Below, piece by piece: positions 1 to 12,672 of a stretch of DNA of 64,000 nucleotides (position 1 is the first letter of the stretch; each line of letters starts with the position of its first letter). The notes below the pieces were generated by a model, which searched no databases, was not told where the DNA came from, and saw nothing but the letters and a program-made list of their open reading frames with translations. The DNA is from Ruditapes philippinarum (taxonomy: Eukaryota). The stretch spans positions 1 to 64,000 of the forward strand of contig NW_026853749.1 of assembly GCF_026571515.1 (NCBI RefSeq), written 5' to 3'. The position numbers were made by a program, and so were the translations under genes.

Positions 1-856
1 ATAATGATCAAATATGATCATGTCTGGGATAAATGAAATCCATTGAAATTCACATCTATGTTTTTTGTTGTACATTTCAATTGTTATAGTTGTTATCTTT
101 TTCGTTATCTATAAAGACATTTACCAAAATTCTTTTTGTCATGATTAACCAAAAATAAAAACTTCTGCGTCATTATCCAGTCAAACAGACCAAAGCTGAC
201 AAAGATCTAATATATATTTTGAAAAATATTAAATTATTTGAATATTTGACTTTTTTCATTGAAAGACTTCTGTAGAGGTTAATGTGAAAGTTTGAATGGT
301 TTTAAAAATCAAATGAAAATTCAATGTAAATTGTGTTTGCTTACAAATACAAAGTAATTGTAACTTGTAGATGTGAGAAGTATATTTATTTTCCTGACTT
401 GTATTGTCTACATGATTTTTTTTCTACTTTACGTTTAAACAGTATACTGTAGGCTTTGGGGAATTTGAAGAAGAAAATTCTGAAATTGACATAGCATTGT
501 TATAGACTGAAGTCAAAATGCAAATACTTTATTGGATTACTTAACTAGAGCAGTGTATTATATTTGATATTTTCACAGTAAAACTATCGGATATGATTTA
601 AAAATCGCCCAACTTTATTTGAATGCAGAAGAACAACATATGACATAAATTAATGAAAATTTTAGGAATAATGCACTCTATCATATTTATTGTTTATTGT
701 TGTAAAACATTGGAACTCCTTCTTGAAAGTCACATAAATCAAACTGTTTCACACAAAGCTCGGATTGAAAATATCATGTACATGTATAAATGTACATAAT
801 AACTGCAAGAACAGAAACATTAGTGCACTCAATTCTGAGATATAACAAAATTCAAT

Positions 857-1146
857 GAATTGAGATAGAGTTAAAGGCTTTTCAGAGTCAGTTACTAGTT
901 ACCCTAAGATCGACCTAAGCCATTTTTAGCCTTTCACAAGTAAAAATTTTCTTGGTAACCCCCTGATGTACCATTGGGATAGGGGGGCAGTGCCGAAAAA
1001 GTGGTCACTTTTTTTAACAACATTTCTCAAATGAAAAACAGTGCTTGGGACCTACCGGTAAATAGGGCATTTTTTCACTGTTTGACGCCTCAAAAAAAGG
1101 GGGGCAAAAAGCCGTCAAAACACGTCTATATGAGGGAAAAGGTTAA
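857..1146. mobile_element. Partial (right-end) copy of the piggyBac-like MITE at 54006-54497
   Basis: Aligns by eye with about 54285-54501 (ATAGAGT(T/C)AAAGGCTTTTCAG...CATTTTTAGCCT...TATATGAGG) and ends AAAGG-TTAA. Confidence 0.6.
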
Positions 1147-1844
1147 AGCATGCAATCAATAGAAAATTGTTTTACATGTAAAAATTTAATTCATATTTCA
1201 ATCTTGCCATCTGTTACATCAGTTATATAATCACTTGTTACAACACAAGTCATGTAAATATAGCACCAAATGTCCTTTTGGTGTAATATATGTACAGTTT
1301 GATCTTACATTGAAAACAAAACAATTCTATATCATCATTTATATTTGCTTGCAAGAATCTATATTAATAGTTTGTTTCAGCCAATGTCAGAACTAGTGCT
1401 CACAATTTCATGCATACTGCTTTTAAACTGGATGTTAATGCTTGAGTAAACATTATAATGTCATTTATAATGTTAATGGGTATAAACTATATTGGTATTT
1501 CTGTAAGTGGGAGGTTTATTGTTTATATCATGACAAGAATCCTTCCTTAAATACCTTATCTAACATAATAATAATGTATATAAACCTTATAAACGAAAAA
1601 GAAAAATCGGTAAACCCAGGTAGGCTACATTGTAAAGTAGAAATGAAATATTTTGTTAAGGAACATTGTTTTCTGTTTACTTGTAATATTCATTTGAGAC
1701 ACTTTTTGTTAATTTTTTTATCAGGAGTGATCATATGATAATGAAAATAGTATGATTGTTTTGTTATTTAAACTTAAATTTGTGTATTTTTCCAGTATTA
1801 GTTTTACACCCATTAACATGAGAACATTATAATATATAAAATTT

Positions 1845-2066
1845 GAGCCGCGTCACGACAAAACCAACATAGTGAGTTTGCGACCAGCATGGATCCAGAC
1901 CACGCAGTCTGATCAGGATCCATGCTGTTCTCTTACCAATTCTATAACAAGTAGAGAAACTGAAAGCGAACAGCATGGATCCTGATCAGTATGCGCGGAT
2001 GCGCAGGCTGGTGTAGATCCATGCTGGTTGCAAACACACTATATTGGTTTTGTCGTGATGCAGCTC
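1845..2066. mobile_element. Palindromic MITE copy 1 (Sola-like, GAG...CTC ends)
   Basis: Long fold-back GAGCCGCGTCACGACAAAACCAACAT...ATATTGGTTTTGTCGTGATGCAGCTC; one of ten copies in the window. Confidence 0.9.
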
Positions 2067-2751
2067 AAATGACAAAGTTTGTAGACTATTAAAGTTTGTA
2101 GACTATTAAGTTCCCTACTACATCTCTAGAGGGATTTCAAATTTTTCAGAAATTGCTCATAATATCAGGGGTTATTATTATATCATTTTTGGCAGATAAT
2201 GACCTTTTGTTGTGGTTTTTTTTCCACATATTTAGTATTGGTGGAAAACCTGGTTTTATGCAATTTCCTATTACATAAAGGAACCATACTGAGGTTTTTT
2301 GACATGAAGGGACTAAAAACAATTGTTCAAACTTTGAACACCTGAACCAATTACTGGTATGCAAAATTTCAGGTGATTCACTCAAAAAGACACTAAGATA
2401 AACAGTGTTAAACTTATATCAGGCCGTGAATCACATCAAATAATGATGTTCAATTTAATACTGAGTATATTTCTTTATCATTTTTTGCATATTTTTCCAT
2501 TTTAAGTGCTCCTGTGGATTATATATAAATATTTCAAATTATATATTTTTAGGCTTTTGGACTTCTCTGGCGCTCTTTTAATTTATTTTTGAAATGTGTT
2601 AGTAACTTTTAAATGTTATGGTGAAACGTTACACAGATATTGAAATTTTAAACAAAAATATGCAACCATAAAATTCTATTTATGTTTATGTCTTAAACTA
2701 ATGTTAAGCATAACACTAAAATATGAGACTTTCTTTGTCTTTGTTAATGAA

Positions 2752-3101
2752 ATAGAGGATATTGAATGAGTGTAAGTTTAATACTGAATTTATTGAACAA
2801 GTTGAATAAAATTGTATACTGCAAGTCTGTGGCAAGCATAATATTATTTTATTCAACAAGTTCAATAGATTTAGTAATGAACTTACACAAATTTAATATT
2901 CTATTTATCACATACCAAATATAAAGACTGTTTTAAGAAAAAAGGAACCATTTTTCATTGAAACGTTTATAATATAACGCTAACATTTAGTGTGTCTTTA
3001 CGCTATGTTTATATAACGCAAATGTCATCACATCAAAATATATGCACGGCTGTGCAATACTGCTTTTACGGAGTCACAAAATCGGCACAGGTATGTGATA
3101 A
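2752..3101 (+). mobile_element. Non-autonomous element with a large 5' hairpin (HINE/Helentron-like architecture)
   Basis: Starts ATAGAGGATATT. Imperfect hairpin at about 2759-2899. Internal TTTATCACATACC (2904-2916) is the exact inverse of the 3' end GGTATGTGATAAA (3090-3102). Same layout as 17193-17633. Confidence 0.6.
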
Positions 3102-3326
3102 ACATTGTTATTTATATCTTACTGCATGAACATTGAAATACATATTTGTATATATATAGATGTATGTAATATATGAAATAGTGTTTTGTTTTTTTTCTGT
3201 TCAGTGTGCTTAACTGAAGTTTTTAGGAAAATATTTGTTTTAGATGAAATCAGACATCATCATAAGTATCTACGCAACTTTGGTAAGATAAGATGTGCTA
3301 CTTTAATACTCTGTCTCTGAAGATAC

Positions 3327-3553
3327 GAGCCGAGTCATGACAAAACCAACATAGTGCGTTTGCGACCAGCATGGATCCTGACCAGCTTGCGCAGTCTGAT
3401 CAGGATTCATGCTGTTGGCTTTCAGTTTCTCTTCTTGTTATAGGGTTTGTAGGCGAACAGCATGAATCCTGATCAGACTGTGCAGATGCGCAGGCTGGTC
3501 TGGATCCATGCTGGTCGCAAACACACTATGTTGGTTTTGTCATGACACGGCTC
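3327..3553. mobile_element. Palindromic MITE copy 2
   Basis: GAGCCGAGTCATGACAAAACC...GGTTTTGTCATGACACGGCTC. Confidence 0.9.
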
Positions 3554-4845
3554 AATTATCATTTTAATGAAATTTAAATGTTAGTGCTACATTTTTTATT
3601 CTTTAGTTGTTGCAAAATATTCTTCATTCGTAGAGTAAACTTTATGTTTGTCAGTCAATGTAGATTCAGGTAAACATAGTTATAGATGAAATAGAAAAAC
3701 ATTTTCTCAATTATCCTGTTGACAGTTCACAAGCTTTATTGATGAATTTACTTTTTCTAAAAAAAACTGATAATTATATTTTTAAAACATAAGACCCTTC
3801 TTATAAGGGATTGTCCCATCAGTTCTTGTTTCTTGTTTAATGTTGAAGTTTTTTTTTCATCCTGCAAATATAAATGAGTTGTTTAATGAAAGAGCTGTGC
3901 AGTTTTAAAAGTGACATAATTTAAAACCATATCTTAGATATACCATTTTAGAGATATGGTAATTATTGATAGATAATAGTTAGTTATTTGTTTATTCTTC
4001 CATATTATGATATTACATTTGGGCTTTATATTTATAAGTAGAAAGTCTTAGATTAGTTTTATATTATTTGCTTAGTTTATACAGAATTTATTTTTAGTTT
4101 GATTGTGTAGGAAGCTATAAGCTTCTGGGCACACTTGAATCCAAGCATCTGGACACACTTAAATCCAACTTTTCTAGATCAGATTGGTTTTACTCCCTTT
4201 TAGTTCCTGTTCAGTTGTATGTATTACAGCTTTATGGCTGTGGTACAGTATAAACATAGGTGATAGTTTTACTTTTTGTTTTACATTTTTTAAGGGTTTT
4301 GTTACTGTTTTAAGTATAGATTGTTTTGCAATTACATTATTGTGTTTGTTTTAATTTGCACACACCAACTTGAAGAAATTTTATATTTATATTTCTGTGT
4401 TCATAGTGAGAATTGCTTGCTGAGCCAGCAGATTTTCCATCAAGTTGATTCATTTGTTTAGTATTGGCTTTGTGCCCATTTCTGCATGCATGCATGTACG
4501 TGTTACACATTGAAAGGAAATGCGTATATAATGATGTATTGTTCATGTCTTCCATTTAAACCCTAGGGATGTTCAAATTTATTAGGAAAAATTATCATCA
4601 TTTATCTATAACTCTTCTAAGATATCATAATATGTTTTTTATGAAAAATTCATATATTATTATCTCATTATTATTAGCATCATTATCTCACATTATTTTT
4701 TGTGTGTTTATTATTTTAGTACAGAGTTGAAAATTTGACAACATAAGGTTAAGGATGATACAGAAAACTTGAATACCTTAAGGTCAAAATTTTGATTCTT
4801 TTGTAAGAAGTGAATATCTGTTTTGGAAAACTTGAAAAGTTTTGA

Positions 4846-5224
4846 TACTGTAAAATCATTATTATTCATTGGGCACGTATTTTCGTGGTTTTGGTGGGTA
4901 GGGCAATCAACGAATTTAAGATCCGACGAAATTTTATCCCAACAAATACTTATTGCCATGTCTCTATTCTATATATTACAAACATGCATCAGCGCTTTTT
5001 CCGCCGATTTTTGTGTAATGAATTTATTGACAAGCGCTGTGTGATATGTAAAGATATGTTCATGTGGTAAGTAAAATGCGCGGTGATTAAGTGTAAGATT
5101 ACTTTGCATTAGGTTATTTATTTTATTTTTACAAGAAATTGAAAATCCACGAATTTAAGAACCCACGAAAATGCCCGTTTTGATAAAACCACGAAATTTC
5201 ATGCCCACGAATATAAGTGAATTA
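4846..5224. mobile_element. Degenerate MITE, possibly Tc1/mariner-type (TA-CTGT left end)
   Basis: Left TACTGTAAAATCATTATTATTCATTGGGCACGTATTTTCGTGG is imperfectly inverse to right CCACGAAATTTCATGCCCACGAATATAAGTGAATT. Repeated CCACGAA motifs. Right terminus eroded. Confidence 0.5.
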
Positions 5225-7404
5225 GGAGAAGCATAACAAACTTTTGGCAGTTTTCTTACAAGGTTCTATGTTTTAAAATTTTTGAGTGCCATTGTATACA
5301 AGTGCCAATAACTGTGTTTCTAATTAACATTTCTGTTGTGTGATAATACCAATAAAAATTGGTTAGTCTGATGTTATGTTTATTAAATGCATGGTATAAG
5401 AAAAAACACATTATGAATTGTAGCATCCTTGTTATTTCTCTTTGTAAAACAAAATAGAAATCCAATTATATAATGACTGTAATATGTTGACAACTTGTTG
5501 TAAAGTAAAATATTGATGTCATTTCTTCTTGTGAAGTCATGTTATGAGAATTTCCAATTTATTCAATTTTATTTTATCTACATTTGTAATTCTATCACCA
5601 AAATTAAAATGAAAAGTTCTTTTTTCATGGTCATTTGTGTTTATGTTAATCTTTATGCAATGTCTTTGATTTTCCTCACATTCTTCTGGTATCTGTTAAT
5701 CTTTCTTAGAGATTAATATTTTTAGGTTTATTTTAGCCATATATTGTTACTATAATTTAAAACTCATTATTAAATTTGTTTAAATTAATCTTATACTCAT
5801 TAATGACACAATTACCAGACTCCATATGTTGCTGTTAATATAATATTATATCAAGTATGACACAATATGTGATTTTCTTGCCATTCAGTTTAATTACACT
5901 TTATAGCAAATTTGGTTAGCATTTGCATATTCTTATATATGTTGCCCTAAATACATGTAGTTTTTACTACACAATAGTATATGGGCTGTTCAAACCTTCA
6001 ATACACAGGACAGCATATTGGTTGCACTGACATTTTATTTATTACACAGTATATAGGCTGCCCTAACATATTATTGACACTTTAGCTTTCATATAGATTG
6101 TGTTTTATGCATATTTCAATGGGGGTAATATTGCCTTATTACATGGGACAGCATAATGATAAGTGTTGCACTGGCATGCAATATTTCATCACAATAGGCA
6201 ACATATAGATTTACTCTGACATACTATTTCACTACACAGGACAGCATATGAGCAGGCCTTTGATGTATTTTCATTTCATGACGCAGCATATGTACTATGC
6301 TCATGTGCTACTTTGAAATATAAGACTCAAAAAAATTTGCTCAATACTGTGTAAGAGGGAAATTGACCTTTTCGAAAATCTAGCTTAACACCATTTTTCG
6401 ATACATTATGGGAAATTACACCAGATGAAGAACTTGGCATTATTTTGTGATATTTCTATTTATTTTTATTGATATTTTACCATTTAAGGTGGAAAACTTG
6501 ATGTGTTAGAAAATTATCAATGTTTATTATGTATTTTCACTTTAATCCAAAAAAAGTCCAAAAACAACCTTACTGCTATTACACGCCATTTATAGATGGA
6601 TTCCAAAGAGCTTACATCTGAAATGTACAGAAAGTATTGGAAAAAGCTGTTTAGCTTGGTAATCAAATTAATTTTGTGAATGGCAAAGTATGTGATGTAT
6701 AAAATGTATAAATTCATAGTTTTTTCCCCTCTATTAGAGATTGTGTCATCACTATACTTCTTTTATGTACATTTCTTTGGTCATAGTTAGAAGTAATGTG
6801 ACATAGTATTGAACTTATCTAATATTGTTTAACCATCCATTAACTTGCTGAAACCAAAATTTTATTAGCATTTGCCACCAGTATGCATTCTGGTCAGGCT
6901 GCAAAAATGTGAAGGTAATTCAATTTTCATATTTTGATATTGAAATCCCTTAAACTTTAAATGGACTGTTACAAATTCAAAGCAGGATAGGTCCATTACA
7001 CAAATTCAGCAGGTTAAGGTTTAAAAGATTTTAGTTGTAAAGAATATACATTAAATTCATGACAATACTCCTTATAAATCATCGGCCTACATTGAGAAAA
7101 TAGCATTTATTGATTTTTCAAAATGTTTATTATCCTCGGGAACTATTTCCATCTTACTCATGGTACAATCAAAAAAAATCCACAAGAATGAAAGAATGAA
7201 GGTATATTATAGGTCTGTTTCTTTTCTGTATTAGAATTTGAAAATACAATGTTTTGATATATTTCATTTGTAAATACATATATTTTCATACTTCTTTATT
7301 TTTACAGCGCTTTAATTATATATTTTGAAGCTTATGAATTTAGACACCTACCTATACATATTGAAGAATCCAGTTCATTTTGGAAGAAATGTTTATATTT
7401 AACC

Positions 7405-8233
7405 TTTTCCGTACACCTATTTTTATAAAAATGTCACAAATTTGTACCACAATGTGCCCTGTTGAAAATTGTGTATGAAAAACATGGCAGTCTTTCATTG
7501 AGGGATTATCATCAGAAAAATTCACTATCATAAGATAGAATCTTGCCGGCATAATCTAAGTCAATACATGCAAGTTCAAGGTCACCAGGGATGATGAAAT
7601 TGGTAGAGTCAGATTTTGTAGAGACCATATCTTCCACATGCATAGATAGAATGTAGTGTTAACAGTATACAAGTGTTCACCAAGATGTAGTGACCGAAAC
7701 ATGAATCAGGTCTCAATGTCAGTCACACTTTGAGGTCAGAGGAAAATGCTTTTCTGTTGCAAACACCTACATATTTGAATGTGACATGGCACAAATGTTC
7801 ACCAATTTCAGACAAAATGTTGCACACAAAATTCAGGATCCTGTGGCCCAGGTTCAGGTCATACATAGAGGTCAAAAGTCAGATTAGAATATGAAAATGT
7901 GTGCATTGATGATTTGGAAATCTTTGATTCAAAGATTGTGTAAAAAAATGTTCACATTGGCAGGATTAACATAATCCAGGTTCAAGCAAGTTCAAAGTCA
8001 CAAAGGTGATGAAATGTCTAGATTTCACCCAGAGCATATTTTCTACATGTATAGAGGGACTTTGGTATAGTGTTGCATGCAAACTTGAGATCTCTTTTGC
8101 CAATGTCAAGGTCACTTGCAGAAGTTCAAGGTCAGACATGAAAATGTGAGTTTTGATGATTTATAGAATTTTCACTCTTACAAGACTGAGCATTTGTGAC
8201 AAGGGTATTTTGTGACAGACTGGCACTCTAGTT
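7405..8233 (-). mobile_element. Degenerate HINE-like element with ~150-bp internal repeats, related to 62160-64000
   Basis: Shares the motifs AAGGTCAC, AATGTTCACCA and GCATATCT..CTACATG with the 62-64 kb array. Ends GGGTATTTTGTGACAGACTGGCACTCTAGTT, comparable to GGGCGTATTTTGT at the window end. Confidence 0.55.
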
Positions 8234-9167
8234 TTAACTCTGTTTTGATGTATATTTTAAATACTGAATGACCTTTACAAAATTGAAGAAATGGATATAC
8301 TTTTTTTTGCTTTATATAAATATGAATATTTTGTCACAATTTGTTAACAGAGATCAGCGCTAGTGTACACAAAATTTAGTTTTGTTTATTGAGTAAAATA
8401 AAGCTTATCTGTAAACAATTTGTACATTTGTATCTTATATCAATAAACTTTATATGGCCTTTACTTTATCAGATTCAATTAAAATCTGCTCTTGAACTTT
8501 CTAGCTTTATTGTTGATTTATCAAGTATTTATTTCCTTGAAATCCAATTAAAATACAACATTTTAGGTCAACATATTTAAAGAATCATTATTCATGTAAA
8601 AAAAAATGCATCATTTTGTTCACTCAATATGATTTCGATAAATAATTGTTAACTGAGAAAGGTTGTTTAGAATCTCATGTAAGGTTGAATTTGTAAGGAC
8701 CTGGTTTATTTGTGAGATTTTATTAGTGTATTTAGTAGGAAAGAATAGGTTAGCACAAAATTATTTTTATTTAGTCTTATTAAAATATGTTTGTTCAATT
8801 AATATGTATGAAATTAGGATAAAGATTGGTATTTCCATATTAAAAGTATCAAATTGATCATGTTTATTTACTGATCTAACATTATAAATATTAATACTCT
8901 AATGAATCATGTTTTCAATTAGAAATCAATATTACAACTACATTGTAATTGTTTCAACCATCAATTAAATATTTAATTGTTAACTTGTTAGTCAAGTTAC
9001 AGTGATATTACATGTTCATTGCTGCAGATTGTAGCTGCCTATATTTTACTCTGTTTCATAGATTTTATTGTTTCATATTAATGAATTCTGTAAATATTGC
9101 TGGTTATTTATGTAATAAAATTCTAAGAAAGTTGATGGACTTTAAGTTATCAGTTATACTTTATACA

Positions 9168-9382
9168 AATTTATTTTAGTTTGATTGTGTTGGAAGCTTC
9201 AAGCTTATTCAGTTTTCAAACAATCCCAAATCCAATCTTTGAACCAACCACTTCTAAGTAATGAATGTAAAGTTTCTTGCTGAAAAAAAACAACAGCTTG
9301 CACCTGACAGGGTTTGAACTCATGAGGCCAGTAATCCTAAGATCACTAGTTTGACATGTTAACCACTCTGCTATGCCGACGG
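9168..9382 (-). mobile_element. Degenerate tRNA-derived SINE
   Basis: The minus strand has an A/B-box-like head (GCATAGCAGAGTGGTTAAC...GAGTTCAAACCC). Its tail TTTTAGTTTGATTGTG..GGAAGCT recurs at about 4085-4125 and, inverted, near 18667-18695. Confidence 0.4.
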
Positions 9383-11378
9383 AGTTATCAGTTTACCTCA
9401 ATATTACACATGTGAGACACTTCGCTAGTGTTTTTATGCTCTGAAGCCTCTTATCTGTAGGACTGGTAGGCATATTGATAGTACATGTATACATATACTG
9501 TAACCTAGACTGTTACATGTTCATTCTGTTAGCTTTAACTTACATACTTGATTTAAAATACCAATGGCCAGCAGCTTTATTTTACATAATGAGAGTATGA
9601 CCATGACCCCTATATTGCCATGACATAAAACACCCATTGCCAACAGCTATATTGTACATAGTGTACCTGAATATGACCCTGACCCCTTAAAATAACCTTT
9701 TAGGTTAAAATTTCTAGGAAAAGTGATGTTTATTTTGTTATCGACATATTAGAGACAGGTGCTAGTTTGTTATATGTAACATCTTGTTTAGATCTGTATT
9801 ATGTACAGACACAAAACATCTCTAGTTTAACATGCTGACATAGGTTTCATATGCTTTATGATCTATGTACAGTGTACCCATAAATACAAATGTACATGTA
9901 TCTTGTAAAATGTTGAGCCATCAATCCTATCTTACAGCACATTACAGATAACTTACCAGTAATTCCTCCACAAGTGGCATACTACTACTAATCTCACATA
10001 ATTTCTGAATCACCAGTGACAGACATGTGACCATTAGAAACACAATATCCTAGATCAGTTGTCAGGGAGAAATTCTGCCACGCCGGAGGATCATACCAAT
10101 GACCCCTGGATTAAAAAATTCAATGCTCTCCCTATGGTCATGGCTTAAAACACACAACTTACAAAAAGCAGAAGAAGACTTAGAAACAAGGAAAACAATA
10201 TCTGATGTTTACAGTTTATATTTGTATTATATACTTATAAACATCATTAATACTGAGGTTACATTTAACATATATGACAACATTTCAACAGTATTCAAAT
10301 TATTTACTCAGCCCACCTAAAAAAGTCTTTGTTTCACACACTTCAAATATAGTCGTCTTTATATTGAATACACATTTATAATGAACTGTTTATATATATT
10401 CTTTAAAAAAACAACACAATACCTTATACATGGACAATACATACAATCTAGTTCACTGTACCCTTTATGATTACATTATCATTTCATTCAAAATAAAAAA
10501 AATACAGGAATGGTGTTCTATTCTTGAACTTGTAAAACAGTAATGGAGCATATATTTGAATTTAATACTTGAAAAATAAGGCTCAAGTTTTTTATAAGGA
10601 AAAATTTAATTTACCTTCAGACTGTCTATATTGTACATGTACATCAAATTAAGAATTTATTCATTAGAACATAAAACCTTGTGTATATAGTACATTTAAG
10701 TATGGAATACTGACTAAAATGCTTAATATATTTCTTAGCACATTTTATATATTTTTAGTTTGATTAAGATGAAATTTCAAATATCATCAAAACTTATGAT
10801 TGCTGAAAAGTTTTATCAAAAACTGTGCACATTTAGTAAAGAGTAACATCAAACTTTAAAGACTAAGTTTGAGGCTTTAAAGCTAGGCACAACAATTTTT
10901 CTGAAAAACTTCAAATTTATGACGGCTGCATGAAATGTTTAAGCAATATATAAATATTTCCAAACCTTATTGTTGCTTTTGAATATATAAAATCTGACAG
11001 TATTTACTTTTTTACTTAATTTCTCTCCCATTACTAATGGAGTAAGACATATATTTTCATTTCTATGCATTATACGTAGTCTAAAAGGACAGTGAATGCT
11101 TTAGACTTGCTTAGCTCACTTTATTTGTTTACCTAACAGTATTTCTTGTGTTTTTTTTTTACACTTTTTAAATTATCATTAAACTAAGCATGAATTTAGA
11201 AGCATTCAGCCTTTAATGATGGAACTGACATATATGGTACCCTTTTAACATAACATTATTCTAACTGATTAGACAAACATGTTATATCTGTAAATATAAA
11301 TATTCTTATAAATATAATATCACAGTTGCTTGATAAGTAAATCTACTTCTAGCCTAGACTACTCCATGTTAAACAAAT

Positions 11379-11597
11379 GAGCTGCGTCACAACAAAACCA
11401 ACATAGTGCATTTGCGACCAGCATGCGCATCCGCGCAGTCTGATCAGGATCAATGCTGTTCGCTGTCAGTTTCTCCACTTGTAATAGAGTTGGTAAGCGA
11501 ACAGAATGGATCCTGATCAGACTGCACGGATGCGCAGGCTGGTCTGGATCCATGCTGGTCTCAAACCCACTATGTTGGTTTTGTCGTGGCACGGCTC
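11379..11597. mobile_element. Palindromic MITE copy 3 (AAAT TSD)
   Basis: AAAT-GAGCTGCG...ACGGCTC-AAAT. Confidence 0.9.
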
Positions 11598-12672
11598 AAA
11601 TGTCAATTTTAATCAGTCATACAGATAGACTAAAGAAACAAAAGACCTAATGTAAGCCTTGTCTTGATCAACTCATACATCTGAAATATACTTTATGAAC
11701 CAAAAAAGTGTGCAATTGTATAAAAATATATTTTAATGTGAAGATGTTGATGATATATAAAGTCATATTTAAACAGTTTCTGATATACTAAGCAAGATTG
11801 GGCACTAATCTTTTGTTGAAATTTAAATATTTCTTGGATATTGATATTTAAAGTTAAGTAATGAAAAACAAATAATTTTTTTTATTTATAAAAATAATGG
11901 AAGTATGGAGTAAATAACTAAATACTTTCTGACTATACAGAATAAATTTGTATAGTATATCCTGATGAAACAATAGAAGCAAATCAAACTCTTTACAATA
12001 AAATTTCTAAATTATGATTTCAAAAGAATTTCTCTCCAAAATGAATATAATATAAAAAATTTATGACCGTTATTTCTAATTGATAATTTGACATAGGATT
12101 TAAAAAAATTCAGCTGAATGTAATTAAAAATACTTCTATCTGTGATATTTTAATTGACTTAAAATTAATTACATGTTAACATTTATAAAAAAAGAGTTCT
12201 TATTCACATGCTTTAAATGTCCTCCATTTATACAAATGAATAAGCATCTAACCTCTATATTGTGTTATACTGGATTATAAACAACAGCATGGTATTTGTT
12301 AATTGCTTATTAAATGATAAAGTAAGTAAATTAATCTGTTAAAACAGTTAGTTTAAAAACTATTAAAAGTCTCCTAGTCACTCATATAAAAACAAATCCC
12401 CTTCATAAATTAACATACTAATTGGAAACGTTTGATTTTTATACAACCAATAACATCTGTTCGAAAATTACAAAACGTTGAAAAATTAAAACTTATCCTA
12501 CAACTTAGCCAAATATAATATTTTAATAAGTCATCATTTCAATGTATATTGATTTTTTACTAAATAAAATAAGAAATAAATAAATAAACAATCGCACTTC
12601 TAATGACTAAGGGGTTAAAAAAATCTGATTTAAAAAAAATCTGATTAAAAAAAAAAAGATTTAATATCTTGG

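Noticed and set aside
1-9150. Protein-coding exons in the first 9 kb (e.g. ORF 1442-1738)
   Set aside because: The ORFs have low-complexity AT-derived composition and no consistent splice phase. The T-rich plus strand might be intron or 3' UTR of an upstream gene, but the sequence alone cannot show this.
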